Origin: a virus
Lineage: Duplodnaviria; Caudoviricetes
Length of the DNA: 49,376 nt
Strand: one strand, 5' to 3'
IMG/VR virus record: IMGVR_UViG_3300030606_000010
Coordinates: 1-49,376 of that record
In this document: positions 1 to 8,875 of the stretch, piece after piece
Layout: each line of letters starts with the position of its first letter
How positions within the stretch are numbered: position 1 is the stretch's first letter
The notes under the pieces: generated by a model
What the model was told of the DNA's origin: nothing
The model's database searches: none
What the model saw: only the letters and a program-made list of their open reading frames with translations
Made by a program: the position numbers and the translations under genes

Positions 1-127
1 TACGATCGGTCCGAATCTCTGGCGGTCGTGGCGCCGGCGTCGGGGTAGGGGTCGGTCTCGGGGTCGGGGTGGGTTCCGGCTCTCGCTGCCCCCATACATT
101 GAACGTCACCGCGAGCACCAGGATTGC
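1..127. repeat. Terminal direct repeat, left copy (circularisation overlap)
   Basis: 1-127 is identical to 49250-49376; a gene reads straight through the join. Confidence 0.95.
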
Positions 128-142
128 TAGCTTGATCCGCAT
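1..142 (-). CDS. 5' part of the join-spanning signal-peptide protein (continues at 49249 down to 48705)
   Basis: GGGAGGAG RBS then ATG at 142: MRIKLAILVLAVTFNVWGQREPEPTPTP, in frame with ORF 48705..49367. Confidence 0.85.
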   Translation of the reverse strand, partial: MRIKLAILVLAVTFNVWGQREPEPTPTPRPTPTPTPAPRPPEIRTDR

Positions 143-190
143 CGCTCCTCCCTACGCGACCTCGAGTAAACTCGATCCACCTCAAGCATC

Positions 191-520
191 TCACCCACCC
201 AACCCAAGGATGAAAAGCGGGGCACTGAACCCACCCCCAGGATCAACGTCAGCCAGACTGATGATGATCGTGTTTCCTGTTTGCGTGATAACGATACCAG
301 CTCCTGCCTGGATGATGATGTTGCCAGTGATCTCGGGGTAGGTGTCAGCATGAACCGTCGTCGCGAGGATGTCCTCCGGATCGACCCAGGAGCCGCAACC
401 GTTCGCCTGGGCTTGGATCATCTCGCCCAGCGTGCCGAAACAGATCTGCTCCGGAGCCACCTGCGCCTGGGCGATGCCGCTGAACCCCAGGAATGCCACG
501 GCGAGAAGAAGACGCCTCAT
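191..520 (-). CDS. Small signal-peptide protein in tail-fibre region (109 aa)
   Basis: ATG at 520 overlaps the upstream TGA (ATGA). MRRLLLAVAFLGFSGIAQA-QV is a Sec signal with an AQA cleavage site; beta-rich ITGNIIIQAGAGIVITQTGNTIII segment. Confidence 0.8.
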   Translation of the reverse strand: MRRLLLAVAFLGFSGIAQAQVAPEQICFGTLGEMIQAQANGCGSWVDPEDILATTVHADTYPEITGNIIIQAGAGIVITQTGNTIIISLADVDPGGGFSAPLFILGLGG

Positions 521-1167
521 GCTGTCCTGTAGTACGCCCTCAGGAGCGTCCCGGCCGGTGGCGTCGGAACGCCAGCTGCCAGTGTAATGGTATCCGAAAC
601 CAGGGTGTAGTGGGCAGTCTGAACCCACAAACTCAGAGCGCCGAGACCGGCAAAGCTCACGAAGAGCAAGAGGGACACGGCTGGCGACGGCGGCTCTGAA
701 AGCGTGAAGACGCGAGCCAGACCGTTACACTGACCATCCAGAGACTCGCTGTCCGTGAACATGTCCGGACTGGCACCGGCGTGGACATGGTCGCGCCTTG
801 CGTAGTTCGAAGCCGTACCCTCGGCGTTGACCGTCCCAATGGACACGGGCACCCCGACGTCAAGGGCGTCTGATTCGCCCTGGTTGTGACTCGGGGCATG
901 CGGCTTCGGCTCATGGAGGTCCGCCCCCGTGAGATCACGGTGCAGCATGGCCTCTTCGAGGCCGTCCGGGATCGTATCCCCATGAAGGACGATATTGACG
1001 TCTACCGCAACCGTGGCCTTGCCGCCAGTGAACGCCTCGAGCTCCTCTTCGAGGAAGTTGATCCGCTTGCCCAGGAGCTCGGCCAGCTGCTTTCGATCCC
1101 TGAGCTCGACAGCCTCATCAACGAGCTCACCGCCCACCCGGAAGCGTCGGACTTGCACCGATGGCAT
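517..1167 (-). CDS. Putative tail fibre / fibre-anchor protein
   Basis: Directly after the nozzle gene; N-terminal coiled coil, His motifs HAPSH and ARRDHVH typical of trimeric phage fibres; no signal peptide. Confidence 0.55.
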   Translation of the reverse strand: MPSVQVRRFRVGGELVDEAVELRDRKQLAELLGKRINFLEEELEAFTGGKATVAVDVNIVLHGDTIPDGLEEAMLHRDLTGADLHEPKPHAPSHNQGESDALDVGVPVSIGTVNAEGTASNYARRDHVHAGASPDMFTDSESLDGQCNGLARVFTLSEPPSPAVSLLLFVSFAGLGALSLWVQTAHYTLVSDTITLAAGVPTPPAGTLLRAYYRTA

Positions 1168-3071
1168 CAGCCACCTATCCCTGGAAGCCTGAGACCCATG
1201 GGTCTGTACTCGGCCGTCATGCTCGCCAGGCGGAAATCGTAGGTGCCGCTGCCAGAGAAACGGAAGCCATGCCGGCGCCCCGGCGTGCCCCTGAGTCGCC
1301 AGTAGTCATGCTCCGTGGCCCTGGCCCCAAGACCGGCCTGGCCCGTGAACTGACGAGGCCCTGAGGCCTGGAGGCCATCGACGTATTCCGTGCCGTCGAG
1401 CATCGGCACCGGCCCGTCCGAGCGCTCGAGCTCGACGAGCCAGCCAGTGACAAGGCGGTGCTCGTGGATGGGAACCTGCTGAATGCCGATCGAGAGGTCC
1501 GGACTCCGATAGTCGAATCCGATGCCTATCGGCTCAGCATCCGGCGTGTGGTCGTAGTAGAGCTCGTTGCCCTCGGCGTCCACGAAGTGCCTGTAGACAG
1601 CCCCCTCGCGGCCACCAGACCAGACCTCCTGGACATCCTGGAGCCCGCTCATGACGGCCAGGTAGGTCGCCTCCCAGCCGTCGTAGACGTAGACGCCACC
1701 CGTCGTGTCGAGCAGATTGACCCACAGGGGCTTCAGCTCGCCCGTGCGCGGGTCCGGACCCTCAAGGGCTACCCGGTAGTAGGGCCTACTCAGGACGGGC
1801 TCACGGACCGCCACGGCCTCCTTGACGCGAGTCCCACGCCGGGCTTGGTCGAAGAAGTCCACCATGAGGTTCGCGACCCGCTCAAACTGCGCCCCGTTGA
1901 AGCGCCACAACCCCTGGTCGTCGAAGCCGTACCCAAGGTTTCCGACGATGACCAGCGAGTGGTGGCTCAGACACCCGATGTCAGCCGGCAGCTGACTGGA
2001 GGAATAGCCGAAGATGGGGTGGGACCCGACGGCATGGGCGGAACGGCGCTTGAAGACGAAGAGCGTCCCGTGCATGACGAAGCCGCCTATCAGCTCGTCC
2101 CCGTCGTCGAGATTGATGTTGAGGGTGTTCAGGGCGGGCCAAGCCCAGGGTGCATTCACCTTGGAGTTGAGGAGTACGGATGGGGCATCGGGGCCTGAGC
2201 CGAAGAACTGCCCCTCGAAGAGAACGAACCACGAGAGCTTAGGTGGCGGGTCGTTGTCGAACTCGGCGGCCTCGCCGAGGTCAGAGTCGGTACGCACGCC
2301 GACGTCCACTGTGATCGATGCGCCGCTGTAGTCATGCTCCGACTCGAAGAGTGGGAATGCCTCGTCAGCCGGCGTCCTATAGACCCACACTTTGGTGAAG
2401 CGCGGAGGCATCCCGGGGTTCGCCGGGATGATGAGCGCAACCTTCGAGGTGTCCGTGCCCGTCGAGATCGTCACCTCGATGGCCTCGGAGGGATTCGTCT
2501 TCTCGCCGGTCAGTGGATCGACAAGCACATAGACGACACCGTAGACCGAGCCGTCGAAGAGGTGGCCGCCGGTTGCACTCTGCGGACCGAACGATGGGGT
2601 AACAGGCGCAGGCCAACCCCACGGTTGCAGCGTATCGCCGTCCCAGACCTTACCGTCAACGATACCGTCGCCGAACCACATCCGGTTGACGAACTGCAAG
2701 CCGGTCGTGATGCGCTCGGAACTGACCGAGCCTCGAAAGGTCCAGATGCCCGTCGGATCGGGTGGGCCAATGAGCTCGAAGAGATCGTGGCTGTTGATGC
2801 GCAGCGCCTGGCGGGTGACGGAGCCTGCCGCCTCGCGCTTGCGGAACATCCCCAGCCAGTAACAGGTGCTCGACGCGGACGGGAGCCTGTTACCGACGCG
2901 CTGGCGGCCGTAACGAGAGTGCAGCCCGCCCCTCGCCGGGTCCACATTGACAGCCCAGAGCGCCGCGTTGGGTGGGACGTTGCCGGGCGTCAAGCCCGCC
3001 GCCATCCCACCCGAAAAGTCCGCGTACTGCTCGTACAGGGCCTCTTCGGTGTCGGTGCGGCGCTCCGTCAC
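1167..3071 (-). CDS. Putative tail nozzle / DNA-stabilisation protein (P22 gp10 / T7 tubular B-like)
   Basis: 634 aa, beta-propeller-like; N-terminal DFSGG..NVD..G.L.SR.G pattern and GCLSHHS motif; position after adaptors. Confidence 0.6.
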   Translation of the reverse strand: MTERRTDTEEALYEQYADFSGGMAAGLTPGNVPPNAALWAVNVDPARGGLHSRYGRQRVGNRLPSASSTCYWLGMFRKREAAGSVTRQALRINSHDLFELIGPPDPTGIWTFRGSVSSERITTGLQFVNRMWFGDGIVDGKVWDGDTLQPWGWPAPVTPSFGPQSATGGHLFDGSVYGVVYVLVDPLTGEKTNPSEAIEVTISTGTDTSKVALIIPANPGMPPRFTKVWVYRTPADEAFPLFESEHDYSGASITVDVGVRTDSDLGEAAEFDNDPPPKLSWFVLFEGQFFGSGPDAPSVLLNSKVNAPWAWPALNTLNINLDDGDELIGGFVMHGTLFVFKRRSAHAVGSHPIFGYSSSQLPADIGCLSHHSLVIVGNLGYGFDDQGLWRFNGAQFERVANLMVDFFDQARRGTRVKEAVAVREPVLSRPYYRVALEGPDPRTGELKPLWVNLLDTTGGVYVYDGWEATYLAVMSGLQDVQEVWSGGREGAVYRHFVDAEGNELYYDHTPDAEPIGIGFDYRSPDLSIGIQQVPIHEHRLVTGWLVELERSDGPVPMLDGTEYVDGLQASGPRQFTGQAGLGARATEHDYWRLRGTPGRRHGFRFSGSGTYDFRLASMTAEYRPMGLRLPGIGG

Positions 3072-3080
3072 GGCCCCTCG

Positions 3081-3392
3081 CTATCGCTTCTTAGGCTGGC
3101 GCTCTTCCTTCTCGTCGCCCTGAATCCCGAAGGTCTCGAGGGCCTTCGCCGTCCCTGTAATCTGCTGCGTGATGGACTGCCCCTTCTCGCCGTGGAAACC
3201 CATCATCTTGAGACACGGTTCCGTCCTGCACAGGAACTCAGCCTCGGCCATGGATAGGGCCTTCGTCTCTCCCGGCTCGAAGGAGTAGCCGTCGTTCCCG
3301 TTGTACCTGACGACACGGGTGGGCTTTCCATCATCGCCACGAGGCGGGAACTCCCGCCCTGTTATGTTCTTGACGAACGCAATCTGTGCCAT
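3081..3392 (-). CDS. Hypothetical protein, virion module
   Basis: AGGAG RBS, ATG start, fills the gap between structural genes. Confidence 0.7.
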   Translation of the reverse strand: MAQIAFVKNITGREFPPRGDDGKPTRVVRYNGNDGYSFEPGETKALSMAEAEFLCRTEPCLKMMGFHGEKGQSITQQITGTAKALETFGIQGDEKEERQPKKR

Positions 3393-3398
3393 GTTCTC

Positions 3399-4016
3399 CT
3401 ACGGCTCGACAACGATCCTGTCAGGGTAGACGCCCGTTGTCGGCATCTCGATGTACCTCCTCAAGACGGCCTCGGCCCTGACACGCTCCTTGCCGGCCCT
3501 GTCGCGCATCCGCGCGTCCTGAGCCACAGCCTCAACCGAACGCCAGACGATGAACGGCATCGCCTTGTCGCTAATATCGACCTGCGTCTCCGGGTCCGCA
3601 TCGTATGGGATGGCTCTACTCAGGTAGCCCCACACCCTGAGACCGCCCTTCGTGGTTGTGTCTGGAGCCGGATAGATGATAACAGCGTCGTCGAGCGCGG
3701 CCCAATAGCCACCACCGGCTCCACGAATGGCCGCCTGGGCTATCTGCCCTGGCGTCGTCGGCGAAAGCGGCCAGGGAGCTGGCTCCACGTCCAAGCGCTC
3801 TACATGCACCATTCTGGTCATGCCACGCACGGGGTACGTGTCGCGGCCATCGGTCAGGTCGACCAGGACGGCCTCGCGACCCATCGATCCACCGAAGGCC
3901 GACACGAACTCGTCGAACTCGTTGAGGGCCTGATTGATGGCAAAGCGCAACTGCGCCGGAACAGCCGGTGTGCCGGCCTCCTTGGCGATGAACCGCTCGA
4001 GCTCCTCAAGTCTCAC
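3399..4016 (-). CDS. Putative head-tail adaptor (tubular protein A-like)
   Basis: GTG at 4016 overlaps the upstream TGA. INQAL helix, 'LTDGRDTYP' and 'IIYPAPD' are adaptor-like motifs. Confidence 0.55.
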   Translation of the reverse strand: MRLEELERFIAKEAGTPAVPAQLRFAINQALNEFDEFVSAFGGSMGREAVLVDLTDGRDTYPVRGMTRMVHVERLDVEPAPWPLSPTTPGQIAQAAIRGAGGGYWAALDDAVIIYPAPDTTTKGGLRVWGYLSRAIPYDADPETQVDISDKAMPFIVWRSVEAVAQDARMRDRAGKERVRAEAVLRRYIEMPTTGVYPDRIVVEP

Positions 4017-4744
4017 TGTTGCTGACCCTGTTGCGGGTAGATGCCGGCGATGCCTGGCACCTGGGCTTGCCCTAGGCCCAGGTAGGCATCGTACATCTTG
4101 CGCTCCCTGGGAACTGCGTGCGCGCAAGCGTACCAGACGAGCGGATCCATGTAATCCCACGGCCAGCTGAGCGTGTCAGAGATCGTGGCAGCCCTGTCCG
4201 GCAGCTTCACGTAGATGAGCCTGTACGGAAGGCTCTGGGTGGGAATGCCATTATTCCCTGGGTATACGTAGAGCTGGATCTCGAGCGTCCCTGAATCGTT
4301 GATCGGATGCCAGGCCGCAAGCCCTTGCCGTGGACCGTGAATGCGGCTCACATGCATCAGGCCCTCGTCAGCGTTGGCCACGCGCTGCGCGGGCCGCATG
4401 ATGCGCTCACCACTTAGGCCACCAGAGCCCGTGATCGTACCGTCACCCTGAGGTCCAATGAGGACCGTCAGGATCTCTTCCAGATCGTCCGGCACGGCTA
4501 TCGTCGCGTCGTTCGTGGAGAGCGTGTCTGTGCCCGTGCGGATGAAGTGCCGCACGTAGGGGTGACCAGGATCGAGCGGGCCTTGCTGCCTGACGGCAGC
4601 CAAGACGTCCCGATGAAAGTGCAGGCCGCCGCCGTTCAACGCCTGAAGGAGGTTGGCTGGCGTGTCCGTATAGAGCCCAGCCTCGGATTCGTTCAGGACT
4701 TGGCGAACCCTGTCGATGACATCCTGAGCAGTCGGATTCGCCAC
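4013..4744 (-). CDS. Putative head-tail adaptor / gatekeeper
   Basis: TAQDVIDRVRQVLNE...LLQALN N-terminus and Y.KLP...YMDPLVWYA C-terminus resemble adaptor proteins; synteny. Confidence 0.55.
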   Translation of the reverse strand: MANPTAQDVIDRVRQVLNESEAGLYTDTPANLLQALNGGGLHFHRDVLAAVRQQGPLDPGHPYVRHFIRTGTDTLSTNDATIAVPDDLEEILTVLIGPQGDGTITGSGGLSGERIMRPAQRVANADEGLMHVSRIHGPRQGLAAWHPINDSGTLEIQLYVYPGNNGIPTQSLPYRLIYVKLPDRAATISDTLSWPWDYMDPLVWYACAHAVPRERKMYDAYLGLGQAQVPGIAGIYPQQGQQQ

Positions 4745-4747
4745 GGC

Positions 4748-5206
4748 CTACCTCAGTAGATCCCTACGATACTCCCTCGGGACCATGCCTTCATGACGGC
4801 TGCCGTGAACGTGGCCACGGTCACCCTGACTAAAAACCCTGAACGCTAGATTCGCCGCATCCACTTCCCGTGTCACAGCATCCTCAATCGCCTCACGCGC
4901 GACGGCCGCGTTTCGCTCTTCCTCGAGATCCTGAAGCGCCCTTCTCTCCACCATGATCTGACGGATCGAAACACCCTCATCGCGCCTGCGTATCCCCTTC
5001 CTGATAGAACTCAGGAGCATCGAATCAAGCTCGTCTCGCCGGAAGAGCCCATAGGGCACGACCTCGGCCCGATGTGGATCGGTCCCGCGTCGCGACAGAA
5101 GCCAGTAAGCAGCCCGGACATCGTCCCACTCCAACCTGAGGAACGGATCGATAAGCCCCAGCTCGGTTACAAACCAATCCGGTGGGCACGGAGCCTCCAT
5201 CATCAC
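4748..5206 (-). CDS. Hypothetical protein
   Basis: Start overlaps the upstream stop; tight packing. Confidence 0.65.
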   Translation of the reverse strand: MMMEAPCPPDWFVTELGLIDPFLRLEWDDVRAAYWLLSRRGTDPHRAEVVPYGLFRRDELDSMLLSSIRKGIRRRDEGVSIRQIMVERRALQDLEEERNAAVAREAIEDAVTREVDAANLAFRVFSQGDRGHVHGSRHEGMVPREYRRDLLR

Positions 5207-5547
5207 ACCAGGTATGGCGGCGCCAGGATGTAGCAGTTACCCAGTTGGCCGCTCGAGATGGCGACCAGCCGCATGGTCACGAACGGCCACCCACAGGCAC
5301 CCTTGGACTTCCAGCGTACATGAGCATTCGAGCTCTCGTCGCCTATTAGATCTTCAATCCTGTGCCACGCAAAAAGATTCCATGACCCTTCAAGCGCGAT
5401 CGACACCCCGTCCGACGAACCGGCCTCGAAGTATGTCGTGAACGGCCTGCCGTACACCTTAATGGCGCCGCCACGAAGAGGACTCACGGCACCACTGATA
5501 AGGGGTATCCGCGCTACATGATCCCTACCTGAAGATGCGGCCTTCAT
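5203..5547 (-). CDS. Small beta-rich virion-module protein, paralog of 5544-5870
   Basis: Shares V.GRP...Y.E.GS...V.I.L.GSWN...GWPFV...L.AI..GQLG..Y..A with its neighbour. Confidence 0.7.
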   Translation of the reverse strand: MKAASSGRDHVARIPLISGAVSPLRGGAIKVYGRPFTTYFEAGSSDGVSIALEGSWNLFAWHRIEDLIGDESSNAHVRWKSKGACGWPFVTMRLVAISSGQLGNCYILAPPYLV

Positions 5548-5870
5548 TCCGGCGTATATTCGATGGCCATGACGTAGGCTTGCCCAAGCTGACCCAGATC
5601 AATGGCCTCAAGGGCATATCTGACGAATGGCCAACCCATGGATGAGAATACTGTATGAGTAGCCGTAGGTACTAAGCCTATCTCGACAGCGTCTATACCA
5701 TTCCAGCTCCCCTGAAGCTTTATGGTTACGCTGCCTGTTGAGCCTGGCTCGACATAACAGGAGACAGGCCTACCAGACACCTCGACCCAGGAACTGTTGA
5801 TGATGGCCGTGGCGCCGCTGACGCCGGCGGCGGCCACGGCGTGACCGATGGCACCTTGCTGGATGTCCAA
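5544..5870 (-). CDS. Small beta-rich virion-module protein, paralog of 5203-5547
   Basis: Same shared motif; TTG start after AGGGG. Confidence 0.7.
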   Translation of the reverse strand: MDIQQGAIGHAVAAAGVSGATAIINSSWVEVSGRPVSCYVEPGSTGSVTIKLQGSWNGIDAVEIGLVPTATHTVFSSMGWPFVRYALEAIDLGQLGQAYVMAIEYTPE

Positions 5871-5878
5871 GCGGCCCC

Positions 5879-6139
5879 TTACGTCTCGTGACGCCTCGAG
5901 AGGTAGAAGACGAGACGAGCTGAGCAGGTGTCGGTCGCGATGACTGTTGCCTGCGAGTCGTCCGACGAGTCCTTGTCCCAGAAGATGGACACGGCGGACT
6001 CGCCGGTCGCCTGAATGATGATGTACTGCACGAAGCTCGGCTTGCGGCCGAGCCCGTGCGCCACCTCCGTCAGGGTCCCCGACTCCAGATCGACGTCGAC
6101 GTAGCCGGCCGGATTCCCGATCTGCTCGAGGGCGATCAT
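5879..6139 (-). CDS. Small putative virion protein
   Basis: 'VAHGLGRKPSFV' motif common in phage structural beta domains; TGATG coupling. Confidence 0.6.
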   Translation of the reverse strand: MIALEQIGNPAGYVDVDLESGTLTEVAHGLGRKPSFVQYIIIQATGESAVSIFWDKDSSDDSQATVIATDTCSARLVFYLSRRHET

Positions 6140-6390
6140 CAGGTCGCCGCCGGGCCGGTCTCGAGCTCGCTCAGGAAGCCCAGAACGATCTTCCAGTTGC
6201 CGGCGCAGGTGACGACCAGGTGGTCGCTGGCGTGGTCGATGGAGATATCGGCGACGTCGGACTCGTGGTAGGTCATGACCGGCCAGATGCCGTTGACCGT
6301 CCCGAGGCCGCGCCGGTGGTAGACGGTGGTCGTGCCCGAGCCGTGGATGAAGTGCCCCTTCTGCATCGGGGTGATGGGATCATGAGCCAT
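6139..6390 (-). CDS. Putative capsid decoration / minor head protein
   Basis: AAGGAGGT RBS immediately after the capsid stop; strongly biased codons; HRRGLGTV motif. Confidence 0.55.
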   Translation of the reverse strand: MAHDPITPMQKGHFIHGSGTTTVYHRRGLGTVNGIWPVMTYHESDVADISIDHASDHLVVTCAGNWKIVLGFLSELETGPAAT

Positions 6391-6400
6391 CGCTACCTCC

Positions 6401-7708
6401 TTACACCGACTCGGGAATGCCCGAGAGCACTCCCTGGAGGTCCGGCCGCGCACAGACGAGCTGCACGACCCAGTACCACGTCGCCTCGATGAGGAAGGTG
6501 CCGCGCACCCTGTCGAAGACGCCGCCGTAGTCGTCGTACCAGCCGGGGTCCTTCGTCTGGCTCAGGTGCCAGATGTTGTCGTTGAAGAACATGAGGAAGC
6601 CGTATCCCGCCGGGCAGACGGTGTTGGTCTTGGTCTGGAGCGGCCCCGTGACCGGCGTCCACATGTAGGAGTCCGTGTACCCGGCCGGCAGCACGGGGGC
6701 CGCGTTGCGGGTCATGGTCTCGATCATGTAGCGCCTGTCCACCGACAGCTGCTCCCACCAGGTCTGAACGACGCCGGGGGTTGTCAGGAAGATGAAGCCC
6801 GAGCGCTTCCCGAGAGCGCCGTCGAGCCCACCGGCCTCCGACGAGCGGATGCGGTTCGCGAGCTTGATGATCTCGTTCTCGACGCTGCCGCCGGCCGGGA
6901 ACGCCACTTCCTGGCTGGCCCAGAGCGGCTCGGCCGCCCGGCTGACACCGAGATAGGTGTCCTTGACGGACCCGCTGTTGATGATGGACAGGAGGCCGTC
7001 CGTCACCATGTTCTTCGACCCCTCGTAGAAGAGGAAATCGTCGTCAGCGAGATCCGGCATCGGCCCCTTGACCTCGATCTGATTGGTCGCCGGGTACTTC
7101 TTCATGACCTGGACATCGACCGTCCGCTCGAGCGCCGTACCATCCTTGTTGGCCGAGGCCTGAAGGCGCATGTGCTTGCGGATATTGTCGATCCCTGGCG
7201 TGAGCCCCGAGGCAGCCGCATACGGGGCATCGAGCGTGATGAGGCCCAGCGCCATGTCCGGAGCGCCGTTGACGCGGCCGACGGCGGCGGTCCCGTCGCG
7301 GTAGAAGATCTCATTGAACTTGCGCTTGAAGCCCCGGCCCACCTCCTCGATGAGCTTGGTCTTGGCCCTGATGTAGGAGGCCCGCTGCGCCCTGGTCCAG
7401 AGGTCCGTGATGTGCGAGAGCTGGATCGAGCTCGTGTGGATCTTCTTCGGGATCGAGGCCGTGAAGCCGCCGATCACGGTGGGCCGCGCCAGGTTGCCGT
7501 CCTCGGTCGTCGCGCGGAAGCTCTCCACGGTGTCCGTCTGCACCGGGAAGATCATCTCGTCACCCTCAGCACTGAGCTTGGCAGGCTTGCGCGTCATGAG
7601 CGCGTAGAGGGTGTTCTCCTCGAAGATCATCCGTTGCAGCATCGGCTCGTGAATCCGCTTGAGCGCGAACTGCATGTTACTGAGCAGCTGGGTGTCGCTA
7701 TTTGCCAC
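6401..7708 (-). CDS. Major capsid protein
   Basis: 435 aa after portal and scaffold; strongest GC3 codon bias; 'FNEIFYRDGT', 'TDGLLSII', 'YLGVSRAAEPLW' and C-terminal 'QLVCARP.LQGVLSGI' resemble HK97-fold capsids. Confidence 0.8.
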   Translation of the reverse strand: MANSDTQLLSNMQFALKRIHEPMLQRMIFEENTLYALMTRKPAKLSAEGDEMIFPVQTDTVESFRATTEDGNLARPTVIGGFTASIPKKIHTSSIQLSHITDLWTRAQRASYIRAKTKLIEEVGRGFKRKFNEIFYRDGTAAVGRVNGAPDMALGLITLDAPYAAASGLTPGIDNIRKHMRLQASANKDGTALERTVDVQVMKKYPATNQIEVKGPMPDLADDDFLFYEGSKNMVTDGLLSIINSGSVKDTYLGVSRAAEPLWASQEVAFPAGGSVENEIIKLANRIRSSEAGGLDGALGKRSGFIFLTTPGVVQTWWEQLSVDRRYMIETMTRNAAPVLPAGYTDSYMWTPVTGPLQTKTNTVCPAGYGFLMFFNDNIWHLSQTKDPGWYDDYGGVFDRVRGTFLIEATWYWVVQLVCARPDLQGVLSGIPESV

Positions 7709-7725
7709 TTCTCCCCCTGAGAAGG

Positions 7726-8529
7726 CTACTCGCCGTCAGGCAATCCGTGATTGATGATCTGCTCGAGGAGCCTGTCTCGCTCGTCAGTATCAGTCAACAC
7801 GTCCGTCAGCTTGCGATCTGGACTCACACCCATCCGGTCACTGCGGATGAGACCCGCGCCGGACAGCTCCTGCAACAGGGCGTTCCTGTCCTCTGTCCAC
7901 TCGCCGACGATGCCCTTGACTGCCTTCGCCAGAGCCTGCGGAGAGGCGTCCTCCGGGATCTCCCCGGCCGCGTACCTCCGCATGACCTCGCGCTCCAGCC
8001 GCTCCGCTGGCCACTTGCCACCAACCTGTTTGACGAGACCTCGGACCGTCTCCGTGAACTGCCGCTGGAACCCCGCCATCTCGCTCTGCTTGGTCAGCTG
8101 CTGCCTGACTTGGAGAAGCTCAGCCAGAACCGACTCGTGCGAATCGAGCCTCTTGGCCAGTTCCCCGCGCAGCGTATCAAGCTGCTGAGCGTAGGGGTCG
8201 TCGCTTTGGTTCTGAGACGGCTTGGGAGCCTCCCCACCAAGTGCCTTGGCGAAGTAGTCCCTCAGCCGCTGGTATGTATCAGGGTTCGAGATGTACTCAC
8301 TGATGGCCGTCTTCCGCTGCTCCTCAAGCTGCGCCTTAGTGTAGAGCTCGGACTCACCCCCATACTTGGAGTAGAAGTCGCGAGCGACCCGCACCTCAGA
8401 GGCATCAGGAAGCTGCTTGGCATCGAAGCCGGCCTCAGAAAGCCAACCGTCGTACCCGGTCGATTCAGGTGCGGCGCCACCCGCACCGGCTGCCGATTCC
8501 ACCGGGGCTTGCCCGGCACCTTTTTCCAT
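7726..8529 (-). CDS. Putative scaffolding protein
   Basis: Helical, charged protein immediately upstream of the capsid gene. Confidence 0.55.
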   Translation of the reverse strand: MEKGAGQAPVESAAGAGGAAPESTGYDGWLSEAGFDAKQLPDASEVRVARDFYSKYGGESELYTKAQLEEQRKTAISEYISNPDTYQRLRDYFAKALGGEAPKPSQNQSDDPYAQQLDTLRGELAKRLDSHESVLAELLQVRQQLTKQSEMAGFQRQFTETVRGLVKQVGGKWPAERLEREVMRRYAAGEIPEDASPQALAKAVKGIVGEWTEDRNALLQELSGAGLIRSDRMGVSPDRKLTDVLTDTDERDRLLEQIINHGLPDGE

Positions 8530-8566
8530 GCGCTACCGTATAGCACGGACGCGACGTCCGTTGCAA

Positions 8567-8875
8567 CTACCGAAGGCCTATCAGAGCCTCGAGGTCTTCC
8601 TCTTGACCGCCAACCTGCTGCTGCTGGGCGCGCGCCAACTGCGCCAGCATGTCCCTCACCGTTTGCTCGGAGACCTTGGCCTCACGCGCCTGGGATCCAC
8701 CCAGAATCTGGCCGAGATCCAGGCCGGCAACGCTCTCGAGCGGACGCTGCCTGGTCGCCTGAGCCTGCTGCATCCGGCGCTGCCGCTCATCCTGCTCCAT
8801 GAAGGACGAACCGCCCTTCTCAAGAAGTTGGGCCAGCGCCTCCCGAATCATCTGTCGGCGTTCCTCCTCGTCCAT
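8567..8875 (-). CDS. Hypothetical Gln/Glu-rich protein
   Basis: MDEEERRQMIREALAQLL; ATG lies inside the portal 3' end after a G-rich RBS. Confidence 0.6.
   Translation of the reverse strand: MDEEERRQMIREALAQLLEKGGSSFMEQDERQRRMQQAQATRQRPLESVAGLDLGQILGGSQAREAKVSEQTVRDMLAQLARAQQQQVGGQEEDLEALIGLR

Noticed and set aside
1-127. 127-bp end repeat as a biological terminal repeat
   Set aside because: The length equals a common assembler k-mer and it falls mid-gene, so it indicates circularity only.
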